Source: a virus. From it: a DNA stretch of 64,000 bases. Below are positions 49,493-59,063 of the stretch, piece after piece. Position numbers and translations under genes: made by a program. Position 1 is the first letter of the stretch; each line of letters starts with the position of its first letter. The notes below the pieces were generated by a model. It was given only the letters and a program-made list of their open reading frames with translations. It did not search any database and was not told the origin of the DNA. The stretch lies in the IMG/VR virus record IMGVR_UViG_3300045988_068596; one strand, 5' to 3'.

Positions 49493-50359
49493 ATGCTAAG
49501 TAAGGGGAAACAAGTTACACTTAGAAAGTTAAACAATATTATTACAAATAAGGAATACATCCTTATAGGTGCTCGTTACACGAACGATTCTTTAGAACGA
49601 GATATTCCTATTACAACTGTAATTGACGATATACTTATAGATTTGAAGAAAGAGACAATGGCAGGCTGTGTTTTCTTTAGACCAGTAGGAGATGCACAAA
49701 GAAATGCCTTATCTCTATTAAAAGATGCGTGTATGCACTTTGGTTACGGAGAATTTTTAGATGAAGCTATTGAACGTCCTGCATTGTATGCGGGGCTAAA
49801 AGCAAACGTTATGCTACCTGATACAGCCTTCTCAAATATCCAAGAAATCCCATTCAATTTTTATTTCACAGAACCAGAAGTATTTTGTGAAGAAGTAACT
49901 ATCAAGGGAAGAAAACATATTCAGTACACTGTCTTAGACAGAATCAGCTTAGATGATGTACAACATGTAGAACAATCTCTTGTTGTTCTTTTCCGTAAAG
50001 CAGAGTATGATGGAGAAACCCTGTTAGGTGCTTATACGGATACAAAATTAACAAAGACAGAAGCAATCAAAATCCTTCAATTTGTTAGTAATGGTTCCTT
50101 ACTTGAACAGGTGGTTGGGGCAGTTACTGTATTCTCAGATAAAGTAGTGTCTACACTTATTCCTTTGTTTAATGATGTAGATATAAGCTTTATGAAATCA
50201 GGAGAAGGAAACCCTGTTGTCTCTATTACAGCAGATACAGGAGGCATTGCCTTTGATGAAAAAGATTTGGACGGTATGTCTATTGAGTCTCCTAGTTTCG
50301 GAGCTTACCGTCTTGTGTTACATGTAGGGAAGGATACAGTAAGCATTTTAATTGGATAA
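49493..50359 (+). CDS. Hypothetical protein (288 aa).
   Basis: RBS ggaggacaatcATG. Confidence 0.4.
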   Translation: MLSKGKQVTLRKLNNIITNKEYILIGARYTNDSLERDIPITTVIDDILIDLKKETMAGCVFFRPVGDAQRNALSLLKDACMHFGYGEFLDEAIERPALYAGLKANVMLPDTAFSNIQEIPFNFYFTEPEVFCEEVTIKGRKHIQYTVLDRISLDDVQHVEQSLVVLFRKAEYDGETLLGAYTDTKLTKTEAIKILQFVSNGSLLEQVVGAVTVFSDKVVSTLIPLFNDVDISFMKSGEGNPVVSITADTGGIAFDEKDLDGMSIESPSFGAYRLVLHVGKDTVSILIG

Positions 50360-50470
50360 ATTTTTTTGTAAGGGAGTCAAATTATATATTGACTCCCTTA
50401 TTTTTGTGTGCTAAGATAAGTTCAGTTGTTGTACAAGGTTACAATGACAACATGTACAGGAGGGAAAGAA

Positions 50471-51019
50471 ATGAGTGTAGCATCAAGTTTAGATAGAGCT
50501 GATGAATGGTTGTTGTCGCATTTGTGTGATAAGCGTTTAGAGTATTTGTCTCAAAAAGAAGAGTTAACTGCAAATGAAAAAGCAGAAATATTACTAATTC
50601 AAGAGCTTAATATGAAACTAATATGTAATACCTTACAAAAAGAGACACCTGTTCAAACCGTACAGGGTTCTGACGTTACTAGTGGCTTATTAAGCAAAGC
50701 TTACACAAACTCTGTTAACATTACATCCCAAGAAGCGTGGTATACATCTTTGTTGAAACGTACGCTTGATGTTGTTGATGGAATACCTTGTGTAGGTAAT
50801 GTTACTGTATTTGTGGACTCAGATGAGATTAGTATTTCAATTATGGGGCACATACGACACGACAATGATTTAGCCTGCGATGTCTACGAAATTTCTTTTG
50901 AAAACCTTGGAGGTATCGAAGATTTTCTAATTCATGTTGAGGGAGTAGAAATAGCTTTACCGGACTATTTAGAGTTTATTACCGAGGAACTACCTGCCAT
51001 TTTAAAAAAATCATTATGA
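50471..51019 (+). CDS. Hypothetical protein (~182 aa).
   Basis: ATG at 50471 after RBS caggagggaaag. Confidence 0.35.
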   Translation: MSVASSLDRADEWLLSHLCDKRLEYLSQKEELTANEKAEILLIQELNMKLICNTLQKETPVQTVQGSDVTSGLLSKAYTNSVNITSQEAWYTSLLKRTLDVVDGIPCVGNVTVFVDSDEISISIMGHIRHDNDLACDVYEISFENLGGIEDFLIHVEGVEIALPDYLEFITEELPAILKKSL

Positions 51020-51031
51020 GGAGAGAGAATA

Positions 51032-51880
51032 ATGGATTTAAAACAAGCTTACAACTATGCAGTAGAACATTTAAATGAAAATGCCAAAACAGAAAGTGAA
51101 CGTATCTATGTATTAGGTGTCTTCCAATTAGGAAGCCGATATGCCGGATACGATATTGAATCAAGTGATTACGATTTTACAGTCGTTTACATGCCGTCTG
51201 CTTATGATTTGTTAAACCGTGAGTATGGACGTAGCAAAATTAAGTTTGAATACAATGATTACGAAGTAGAAATGTCTTTCATGGATATTCGTAAATACCT
51301 AAATCGTTTACTATCAAGCTCACTAGAAACATTACAAATGGTGTTTGCACCTTCCAGTATGAGTTACTATGCTAAATTTGGAGACGACAACCTATCATTG
51401 CGAGCAGAAGAACTTGTAGATTTCATGTTAAAACTACGTGATAACCGTAAGTCTTTTGTTTATTTGAACACAGATAAGCTATACGATTCAATTTCAGGAA
51501 GAGCAAAATCTTCTATAGGTAACGCTAGCATTAGTTACACAAATGATGAATATGGTCGAACAGTCAAGTATGCGATTGGTGTTGAATACATGCAAGACCT
51601 ACTTCAAGCATTATACTACAATGAAGACATTCGAGAAGGTTTGACTGTTTCACCTATGCAAGCACCTGTTTATAAGGAACATCGAAACAATCCTAGCTAT
51701 GAAATTGCTCGTTTGTACCATTCTCGTGCTGTTAACCTTATTGAGAAAATGGTCTTAAACAAAGAAGTGGTTCGTGAAACTTTACGAAAATTACAGCCGA
51801 CCGAAGATACAATTAAGGTAGTAAGAGAAGTATGGACAGAAGAGTTTGTAAACATTATCTTGGGAGGTTATGACGACTAA
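51032..51880 (+). CDS. Nucleotidyltransferase-fold (Pol-beta superfamily) protein.
   Basis: Signature 'LGSRYAGYDIESSDYDF' (G-S-x10-D-x-D), with a third acidic residue further on in 'SFMDIRKY'. The stop overlaps the next start (TAATG). Confidence 0.45.
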   Translation: MDLKQAYNYAVEHLNENAKTESERIYVLGVFQLGSRYAGYDIESSDYDFTVVYMPSAYDLLNREYGRSKIKFEYNDYEVEMSFMDIRKYLNRLLSSSLETLQMVFAPSSMSYYAKFGDDNLSLRAEELVDFMLKLRDNRKSFVYLNTDKLYDSISGRAKSSIGNASISYTNDEYGRTVKYAIGVEYMQDLLQALYYNEDIREGLTVSPMQAPVYKEHRNNPSYEIARLYHSRAVNLIEKMVLNKEVVRETLRKLQPTEDTIKVVREVWTEEFVNIILGGYDD

Positions 51881-53607
51881 TGATGACAACAGCAGTAAGA
51901 GAAAGAACATTAGATGAAATCTTAACCAATCCTAAGAAACCAATGACAGAGAAACTGGTTGAAGCTGAACAACTAATCAAGAATAGTGAGCATGTTTATG
52001 ACTTTGGGTTAGGTACAATTAAAGAAACTATGGTGATGTCTGGCAAAAACTGGTTAGCTAGTCACTTATATATCAAAGAAGTTACTACTTATGGATTTAT
52101 CTTGCAAGCCGTTGTATATAAACAGTCCTTAGTTGAGCGGGCTATTACTAACGATGAAGGTGAAGAAATAAAACCTGCTTCTTATGACTATGAGCTAAAC
52201 CGTGTATATGAGTTAGAATACAGTCTACGAGATAAGTATACTAGACTGCTTAAAAATGGTAGCCCCTTGAAATTCTCAGAGAACAACATCAGGAACATGT
52301 TTTCTGGTCAAGAAGGTGTTATTCAAAAACTAGATTCATGCTGTAACACCGAGATGTACTCTTCTATGTATGACGTGTTTAGTTGTATTGGAAATGAATC
52401 AGTACCCCAAGTAGCTCGTTTTCTTGTTAGATTTATGCAATTGAACGTGGTTGAACTAATCTATAAAAGTGGGGTTCCTATTCCTTTTGCTAAAGACTTT
52501 GCTAGAGACCAAGCTAGGAAACTTGAAAAAGGTGGTAATTGGTATGCTAGCCCAGAGCCTAATGCTAACTGGGTAGATTGCACAGCTACTGCACCTGCAA
52601 AGGTTCTTGATATTCCAAAGTCTTTATTTAAAATTATCTGTCAAGGAAATATTAGTTTCAGTAGATATGTTTCAATGCACAGAGCTATAGAAAGAGCTGA
52701 AAGTGTGGGTTTTGAAGAGGAACCTCGTGAGGAATGGAACAGGGAACTACGAATGTATATTAAACCCGAAGAAGACGAAGCTATTGTACAAAAAAGGAAG
52801 AAGTACAACGAGAAATGTCTAAAACGAAATAAACAGGGAATCATTCGAGCTTGCGGTGCACTATATCATTTGTTCACCTTTGCTGTGGAACTAGATAATG
52901 AATATGGAATTAAAAAAGCTAGTAATTTAGCTTCCCATGAGTTTGAAGATATGTTATACAGGGAAGTGGTACCTGCCCGTGTAAACAGCCTACAGAATAA
53001 CTCAGCAGTTTGTATTGCCCTTTCTTTAGGATTGGAATTAAATCGTGTTGCCAGATACATGTACTATCAATTACATGTAGAACAAGGATTTACTGACGGG
53101 TATTATAACGCAACTTACCGTGATTACTTACGTATGATGAGACAACTAGAGATTGCAGATAAAGGTAATTACCCTAAATCACTGAAAACAGTGCATGATG
53201 TAGCTGAAATGAATACTAGAATGATTAAGGATAAAGAACTGGCAGATAACTTTGCAGAACAAGTCAAACATTACCGAGAGTGGGAAGACGTTAAAGTTCG
53301 TGGTAGCAAGTATATTATGCGTGCACCTGAGAGTATAGATGACCTTGCCAAAGAAGGCTCTAGTCTAAGTCACTGTGTATTCAGTTATGCTCGTTCAGTA
53401 GCTCTAGGAGAAACTACGATTATGTTCTTACGTACTAAAGCTTGTCCAGATGATAGTCTGGTTACAGTAGAGATTAAGTACAGCCCTAGCCGAGAATGCT
53501 ATAGAATTGTACAAGCTCGTGGTCACTCTAATCGAGCATTAACGACTGCGGAGAATGAGTTCTTAGAGAAATGGTGTAAAAAATCAGGAAATGTAGAGAG
53601 AAAATAG
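51880..53607 (+). CDS. Large partner protein of the nucleotidyltransferase (575 aa). The C-terminal region has an 'EGSSLSHCVFSY' motif and may be PcfJ-like.
   Basis: Translationally coupled to 51032-51880. No catalytic motif was recognised by eye. Confidence 0.35.
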   Translation: MMTTAVRERTLDEILTNPKKPMTEKLVEAEQLIKNSEHVYDFGLGTIKETMVMSGKNWLASHLYIKEVTTYGFILQAVVYKQSLVERAITNDEGEEIKPASYDYELNRVYELEYSLRDKYTRLLKNGSPLKFSENNIRNMFSGQEGVIQKLDSCCNTEMYSSMYDVFSCIGNESVPQVARFLVRFMQLNVVELIYKSGVPIPFAKDFARDQARKLEKGGNWYASPEPNANWVDCTATAPAKVLDIPKSLFKIICQGNISFSRYVSMHRAIERAESVGFEEEPREEWNRELRMYIKPEEDEAIVQKRKKYNEKCLKRNKQGIIRACGALYHLFTFAVELDNEYGIKKASNLASHEFEDMLYREVVPARVNSLQNNSAVCIALSLGLELNRVARYMYYQLHVEQGFTDGYYNATYRDYLRMMRQLEIADKGNYPKSLKTVHDVAEMNTRMIKDKELADNFAEQVKHYREWEDVKVRGSKYIMRAPESIDDLAKEGSSLSHCVFSYARSVALGETTIMFLRTKACPDDSLVTVEIKYSPSRECYRIVQARGHSNRALTTAENEFLEKWCKKSGNVERK

Positions 53608-53881
53608 GCTATTTTAAAATGAAAAAATACTACTAGTTAGTTCATTTTCTTAAGTTAGCTAAAACGATTCATTTCAAATAACAATTTTCCACCTACAAAT
53701 GTTTCATATATAATTCGCAGAAAAAACACAAAAAACCCTACAGTTATGTGGGGTTTTCTTGCGTTTCATTTGTATCTGAAATTTAACAGTTATGTGTGCT
53801 ATATTAACAGTAGAACCTAAGAAGGGCGGGCTTTATCCGTGTTCTTAGAATATAGACATGTTGAAGGAGTTTGTATTTGAA

Positions 53882-54577
53882 ATGGCTAAAAAAGACTTAA
53901 ATAACAGCTCAGTATTGCTGAACTTATATCATAATAAATTATTGGTATCCAAGGTTGATGAAGCCCTAGACGAGGGTAAACCTTATGATTTTATTATTGC
54001 TTTTTGTAAAGAGAAATTTGACTTTGAAATCAGTAAACCCGCATTATCTCGTTATAAAGAAAAACGCAGAGAGGCAATCGAACAGGGTGTAGACCTTGAA
54101 TCTCTACTTGACAAAAGACGAAAATCTGGTAAAGTTATAGACCTAAAGGGAAAAGAGGTTGAAACTCTACCAAACACGAACACGTCTTATGACCAAACAT
54201 TTAACGCAGTAGAACAAATTTATAATGACGTTGAAGTGTTAGACACTATCATTCAAAAAGGCTTTGCTAGCTTGAAAGAAGTCGATTATGTAGAAGCACC
54301 TCTTGCCATGAAAGCTATCGAGGTTAAAGCAAAGGTTACGGGTAATCAACTGCAAGGGTTAAGTCTAGTGGGATTGCGTGAACTAAGATTACGTCAGTCT
54401 GCTAAAGAACAAGCAATGACCGAAGTTATCTTACGTTTTATCCCAGAGGAACAACACGAAGAAGTTTACCAAGCAATTGAAGAAGCAGAAGCAGAGTTCT
54501 ATGAAAACTTAGACCTAACAGCAGAAGATGCACGTATCACTAGCGCACTCGAACAAGCGGGCATGAACATTATCTAA
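53882..54577 (+). CDS. Early-region hypothetical protein (~231 aa).
   Basis: ATG at 53882 after RBS gaaggag. It is the first gene after a 250-bp non-coding region. Confidence 0.35.
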   Translation: MAKKDLNNSSVLLNLYHNKLLVSKVDEALDEGKPYDFIIAFCKEKFDFEISKPALSRYKEKRREAIEQGVDLESLLDKRRKSGKVIDLKGKEVETLPNTNTSYDQTFNAVEQIYNDVEVLDTIIQKGFASLKEVDYVEAPLAMKAIEVKAKVTGNQLQGLSLVGLRELRLRQSAKEQAMTEVILRFIPEEQHEEVYQAIEEAEAEFYENLDLTAEDARITSALEQAGMNII

Positions 54578-54590
54578 GGGGGCTATTCAA

Positions 54591-55055
54591 ATGGCAGAAA
54601 ATCTAGTGGAAGTAGACTATAGAGGGCTGACTTTACAAGAAGCACTCCAAGCGCTACTAGACAAAAAAGTATTGCTAGTCAAAGGACTAGAACAAAGTCG
54701 GAATTTAGATGTATTGATACGTCTTTATACCGAAGGAGTCGTACCTGTTACTCAAATCAGTTATGATGTTGTTCCTGCTGATGGACATTGGAGAGAAGAA
54801 TACTGGCAGATATTTGATATATCTGTTAATGCACTAAGTACGTATCCGTGTTACGTGTATGATGCTGAAACGGCTAATAAAGCACCTAAGTTCCTGATTG
54901 GAACAACAGTTTATTACACCAGTAAGATGGATAGCACTCGAGATTCCGCTATCGTTATTGGATTGTACAAAGACGATGAGGGCAATTGGCATTACAAATT
55001 AAGTAGAGACCAAGAAATTTACGCAGAGACAGAGCTTACATCAGACAGGTTGTAA
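54591..55055 (+). CDS. Hypothetical protein (154 aa).
   Basis: ATG start with RBS aagggggc. Confidence 0.35.
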   Translation: MAENLVEVDYRGLTLQEALQALLDKKVLLVKGLEQSRNLDVLIRLYTEGVVPVTQISYDVVPADGHWREEYWQIFDISVNALSTYPCYVYDAETANKAPKFLIGTTVYYTSKMDSTRDSAIVIGLYKDDEGNWHYKLSRDQEIYAETELTSDRL

Positions 55056-55082
55056 GCCTGTCTTTTTTTTGTAATTAAAGTA

Positions 55083-55111
55083 TTGACAATAAACAGTAAG
55101 CATGATATACT
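55083..55111 (+). promoter_or_regulatory. Strong early-type sigma-A promoter TATTGACA-17-TATACT.
   Basis: TTGACA at 55083-55088 and TATACT at 55106-55111. Confidence 0.6.
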
Positions 55112-55141
55112 TATGGTATAAATTAATAAGGAGAGATTCAT

Positions 55142-55435
55142 ATGAAAGAAGAAAAGACTTATACTTTAGAGGAAATTAGAGAGGAAATTAAGGAAAAAGA
55201 AAGAAAAGCTAAAGAATTAGAAGAGTTGCTTGCAAAACTACCAGAAGATGTCTTATGTAAAGAATATGATGCAATGACATACGACAGGTTTCATGCTTGG
55301 GAAAATGATTCTTGTGGACAAGTGCGGGAGTTATTGAGTAAACATGAGTATAACTTGGACTCAATTCAATTGGTTCATGACGTATTCTATACACTGGAAA
55401 ATTTGGTAGAAGGGGAAATAGAATATGGAAAATAA
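55142..55435 (+). CDS. Small acidic early protein (97 aa).
   Basis: RBS aaggagagattcatATG. Confidence 0.4.
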   Translation: MKEEKTYTLEEIREEIKEKERKAKELEELLAKLPEDVLCKEYDAMTYDRFHAWENDSCGQVRELLSKHEYNLDSIQLVHDVFYTLENLVEGEIEYGK

Positions 55436-55507
55436 GTAGTTGACAGTACTAGTACAAGATGTTAACATATTTATGTACAATAAAACAAATCAAGGAGAGA
55501 TGTACAA

Positions 55508-57814
55508 ATGAAACCATTCGAAGACATTTTTGATGTGTTGAACAAAGCACGTCAAAACAAAGACAAGGTAACACTTACTTTTATTGAAGGACTAGATAAT
55601 ATTGCTAAACTTCAAATTGAGGATTCTTCTGCTACAGCAGGAATCACTCGTTATGTAAAGTTCTACAACAATGACATCCGTAAGTTCCAGTACGTTGACC
55701 AAGCTGACTTTGAAGAAATGTATGCAGGCTTAGAAATGAAAACAGGTAAACCAAAAGAAGAAACAATTGAGTTTCCTTCTGAGGAAGTAGGAATTATCAG
55801 TGCTTTAAAAATCTTGCAACAAAGTGGTGTCTTTAGTGATGAAGACGGAATGCGAACTTTAGGAATTAACACGTCTACATTGAAAGATGCTCACTATATC
55901 TTACAGTATATTGAGCCTGCAATTGACCGTTACTTCGAATCTTTGAATAAGGATATTGAAGAATTAGACCGTGTGATGATTAACCAATCAGATGAACTTA
56001 AACAAAAAATCTGGGAGAGCTTTGTATTTAGCAAAGATAATCTAAACAAAATGCTAGATGAATTTGAATTAGCAACTTTAGACATGTTCCCAAATGTACC
56101 GTCTAATTTAATTGTTGAGACTTGTTCAGAAGTGAAGAAAACTCTTGAAGGGTTATTGATTGAAGATGCGGAAGAAAATCCTATTGAGTGTCATGATTAC
56201 CTTGTTAGTGGTTTCGTTGGTGCTGTTATCCGTATTGAACAATTTATTATTTCTGTTGCAACATTACCTTACCGTAGAACAGAATTAGAACTCAGAGAAT
56301 CAAGAGAAGCTTATATCAAAGAGCTTGCTTCAAATCTATTTCTCTTTGCAGAAGCTATTGCTCAGGTGTATGCTAGACTTGTATGCTCTATCTTAATGGA
56401 AAATTCTGCTGATATGCACAATGCTTCTGGATATATTCAAGTTATGGAAACAAAAGCGGTTCACTGGGTAAAAGAAGAAGCATTAGGTGGAACTATGTTA
56501 GCTAACAATGAGGAAGACCTTGTTGAGTTATCCCAAGCTTTAAACTCTATGACACTAGATGACGTACGTGAAACCCAAGAAGACCCTGAGAAGGCTGAGT
56601 TTAAAGAAGCTTTGGAAGAACTACTTAATGAGTTGATAGATATTTTTTCAGAAGACGAAGATGAAGAAGAGGAAGAAGACAAAGAAGACAATGAGGTACC
56701 TTTCGAAACACCTATGGTAGACATGGATGACCTCCTTGGATATTTACTATCGAAGGAACCTAAAGAAAAAGAAGAACCTGTAGAACTTTCAGATGATGCA
56801 AAAGCAGAGTTTGAGGAATACTTTGCAGATGAAATATACGAGCTTCAAGAACTCCGTAAAAAGGTAGAAGATGCTTTAACCATGTATGATAAGGTTACTG
56901 GTGAACTAGCATTAAACGAGTTAGATTCAGTAGCTATGGGAAATGTTCAATTAGCAATTTCAACGTTACGAAGAGCACTAGATAACACAGAGCTTGACTA
57001 CACTAAGAAAGGCTTACTTGAATCATTAGCTACTCTTAAAGGAGACAAACATACTTTTTATGTTGAATCTATTAGTGTTTTAGGAGATGCGTACGAGCTT
57101 TACAAAACACTTGGTGTAGGTATTACGGACTATGCACATGCAGTTGTTGAGGGCATTGAATGTTCTGTTGCGAATAAACGGGGTACAAACCCAGAAACAC
57201 AATTTGTGTTGAGTACAGTTACCTGTTTAATCGAACGTGAAATCGAAGCCTTAGAGGATGCTGAAGAATACTCAGATTTATTAGCCTTTTCTCTAGCCCT
57301 TTCATTGACTGCTGTGTTAGCAGATTGGAATAATTCATTTGGTGTAGTAAATGTTGATGTAAATGACTTTATCCCTAAGAAACGACCTTCTGTTGTTGTC
57401 GAAGAAGACGAAGAGGATGAAGAAGAAACAACAGACCTAGCTAAAGAGCTAAAAGACTTAATTCGTGGAACAGCACTAGATGCTGATACACAATCAGCTA
57501 GTGATATAGACGAAGAAGCCTTGATTACTGATTATAAAAATGGTGTCTCTCAAAGAGAACTCACAAAATGTTATAATATAAGTACAGGGAAGTTCTACTC
57601 AATTCTACGTAGACATGGTATCGCAGTAGATAGCTCTAAAGTAGCTAAAAAGGTTGCACATGTAGAAGAAAACCCGGAAGTACTTGAACAGGTTCTTAGA
57701 GATTATATCGAAGGTAAAACATTAGCTTACATCTACTCAAATTATAATCTATACAAAAACGGTTTGTTCTATCTACTAGACAAGTACCAAATTCCACGTA
57801 GAAACAAACGTTAA
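55508..57814 (+). CDS. Large poly-acidic early protein (768 aa) with a C-terminal HTH-like motif.
   Basis: Acidic tracts 'SEDEDEEEEEDKEDNE' and 'VVEEDEEDEEETTDL'. C-terminal 'SQRELTKCYNISTGKFYSILRRHGI' is HTH-like. Confidence 0.5.
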   Translation: MKPFEDIFDVLNKARQNKDKVTLTFIEGLDNIAKLQIEDSSATAGITRYVKFYNNDIRKFQYVDQADFEEMYAGLEMKTGKPKEETIEFPSEEVGIISALKILQQSGVFSDEDGMRTLGINTSTLKDAHYILQYIEPAIDRYFESLNKDIEELDRVMINQSDELKQKIWESFVFSKDNLNKMLDEFELATLDMFPNVPSNLIVETCSEVKKTLEGLLIEDAEENPIECHDYLVSGFVGAVIRIEQFIISVATLPYRRTELELRESREAYIKELASNLFLFAEAIAQVYARLVCSILMENSADMHNASGYIQVMETKAVHWVKEEALGGTMLANNEEDLVELSQALNSMTLDDVRETQEDPEKAEFKEALEELLNELIDIFSEDEDEEEEEDKEDNEVPFETPMVDMDDLLGYLLSKEPKEKEEPVELSDDAKAEFEEYFADEIYELQELRKKVEDALTMYDKVTGELALNELDSVAMGNVQLAISTLRRALDNTELDYTKKGLLESLATLKGDKHTFYVESISVLGDAYELYKTLGVGITDYAHAVVEGIECSVANKRGTNPETQFVLSTVTCLIEREIEALEDAEEYSDLLAFSLALSLTAVLADWNNSFGVVNVDVNDFIPKKRPSVVVEEDEEDEEETTDLAKELKDLIRGTALDADTQSASDIDEEALITDYKNGVSQRELTKCYNISTGKFYSILRRHGIAVDSSKVAKKVAHVEENPEVLEQVLRDYIEGKTLAYIYSNYNLYKNGLFYLLDKYQIPRRNKR

Positions 57815-57828
57815 CTTCCAAATAACTT

Positions 57829-57860
57829 TAGGCAGTGGCTACTATGGTCACTGCCTTTAA
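57829..57860 (+). terminator. Terminator hairpin ggcagtg-N11-cactgcc followed by ttt.
   Basis: Stem-loop directly after the 768-aa gene. Confidence 0.45.
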
Positions 57861-57872
57861 TAAGGAGAATAT

Positions 57873-58325
57873 TTGTTGGAAGAGACGGTTTATAATTTTA
57901 TACAAGGCTTAAGCGGGACACAATTAACTATATTAGAAGATACATTTGCTTTACTAGGACTAATCTTTATACTTATAGGAATACATTTTTTAGTAGCAGA
58001 TACAGTTGAATGGGTGAAACTTGTTAGGAATCCAAGAGTATCTACATTTGCAACAATACACATGTATTTTACTTTTTATCTACCGATGTTCATTTTCTTT
58101 TTGGTAGATGGTAGTACGGTTACTACTTTTGTTGTTTCATTACTGCTTTTTGCTGTTGCATATACATGGATTGTATGGCTTCGAGTGGGTAGATACACAG
58201 AAAATTGGTCAGTAGTACGTCCGTTTGTTACCTACATTAAAGCACAAGACCATGTGTGTACGCTAGTTATTGGTTCAGTACTTTTAAGAACAGTACTATT
58301 TTTTATAAAACTTAGGATAGGTTAA
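57873..58325 (+). CDS. Membrane protein (150 aa, ~4 TM).
   Basis: TTG start after RBS taaggagaa. Multiple hydrophobic helices. Confidence 0.45.
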   Translation: MLEETVYNFIQGLSGTQLTILEDTFALLGLIFILIGIHFLVADTVEWVKLVRNPRVSTFATIHMYFTFYLPMFIFFLVDGSTVTTFVVSLLLFAVAYTWIVWLRVGRYTENWSVVRPFVTYIKAQDHVCTLVIGSVLLRTVLFFIKLRIG

Positions 58326-58349
58326 GATAGGATAGGATAGGATGGAGGA
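58313..58349 (+). repeat. GATAGG / UAG-triplet purine repeat array overlapping the stop of the upstream gene and the Shine-Dalgarno of the 58358 gene.
   Basis: Sequence TAGgaTAGgttaagaTAGgaTAGgaTAGgatgGAGgat: six UAG/GAG triplets, mostly 2-nt spaced, ending 8 nt before the ATG. Confidence 0.6.
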
Positions 58350-58357
58350 TAAGATAT

Positions 58358-58918
58358 ATGAATGAAATAATGAGTTATGTTTGGTTGGGTGTATTTATTG
58401 CTATACCCGTAATTGGCTTTATCTATGTATATAATTACAATAGAAAAAATCCACGTTGGTACCTTCGCAAAAGCTACTGGGCGCCACTAGTGCTAGATTT
58501 AGTTGTTTTTGGTGTTTGGGCAATGGTAGGCGTAATTACACTAGCTGTTGGACATACAGAAACTACTACTAAAACATTTAATATTGAACCACTTACGGTT
58601 TATAATTCACCAGAAAATATTTATGCAAAGATAGGTAGCACGGATGACAGCTATGTTAACTTTGCAATTACAGGTAAAGGAACTCACTCTGCACCACTTG
58701 GTAACACTAGTATCCATTACGTTGAGTTCGAAGGTAGACCGAAAGTCACGGTTACTTACTACAAATTAGATTCCTCTTTCTCAGCCTTTATGGGGATGCA
58801 GGGAGAACTTGTAACTAAAAAAACTCGTGTAGATATTCAAGTACCTGTAGGTGGGGTGGATGTCACAAATACAAGTAGTACCTTTGAAGAGCAATCAGTA
58901 AACGATTTACTTAGATAA
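58358..58918 (+). CDS. Membrane-anchored protein (186 aa; N-terminal 2 TM plus a soluble domain). First cassette gene.
   Basis: ATG start. Hydrophobic N-terminus 'VWLGVFIAIPVIGFIYV' and 'LVLDLVVFGVWAMVGVITLAV'. Confidence 0.5.
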   Translation: MNEIMSYVWLGVFIAIPVIGFIYVYNYNRKNPRWYLRKSYWAPLVLDLVVFGVWAMVGVITLAVGHTETTTKTFNIEPLTVYNSPENIYAKIGSTDDSYVNFAITGKGTHSAPLGNTSIHYVEFEGRPKVTVTYYKLDSSFSAFMGMQGELVTKKTRVDIQVPVGGVDVTNTSSTFEEQSVNDLLR

Positions 58919-58922
58919 TTCC

Positions 58923-58963
58923 CTAAGTAGCGGGTTACAAAAATCCGCTAAGTAGCAGGCTAG
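58923..58963 (+). repeat. Two copies of the iteron CTAAGTAGCGGGTTACA / CTAAGTAGCAGGCTAG.
   Basis: Same repeat family as the 7-copy array at 63217-63380. Confidence 0.6.
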
Positions 58964-58992
58964 AGACATCTTTTATAGATGTCTCTTTTTTA
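58961..58992 (+). terminator. Rho-independent terminator.
   Basis: agagacatc-tttta-tagatgtctct followed by tttttta. Confidence 0.7.
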
Positions 58993-59021
58993 TTGACAAA
59001 CCTGTACAGCTATGCTACTAT
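58993..59021 (+). promoter_or_regulatory. Early promoter TTGACA-17-TACTAT (first of a tandem pair).
   Basis: Consensus -35 and -10 elements. Confidence 0.55.
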
Positions 59022-59063
59022 ATACATGTAAATAAAACAAGCTAAAAAATTTGAGCTTACCTA

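Noticed and set aside
53608-53881. tRNA gene or other ncRNA in the 250-bp non-coding region before the early cluster.
   Set aside because: No cloverleaf-compatible segment with a conserved GTTC/TPsiC-like arm could be found by eye. The region instead contains a terminator-like hairpin (aaccctacag...tggggtttt), a TGTGTGCTATATT promoter-like element and a 7-bp inverted repeat (ctaagaa/ttcttag). A tRNAscan/Infernal run would be needed to exclude tRNAs formally.
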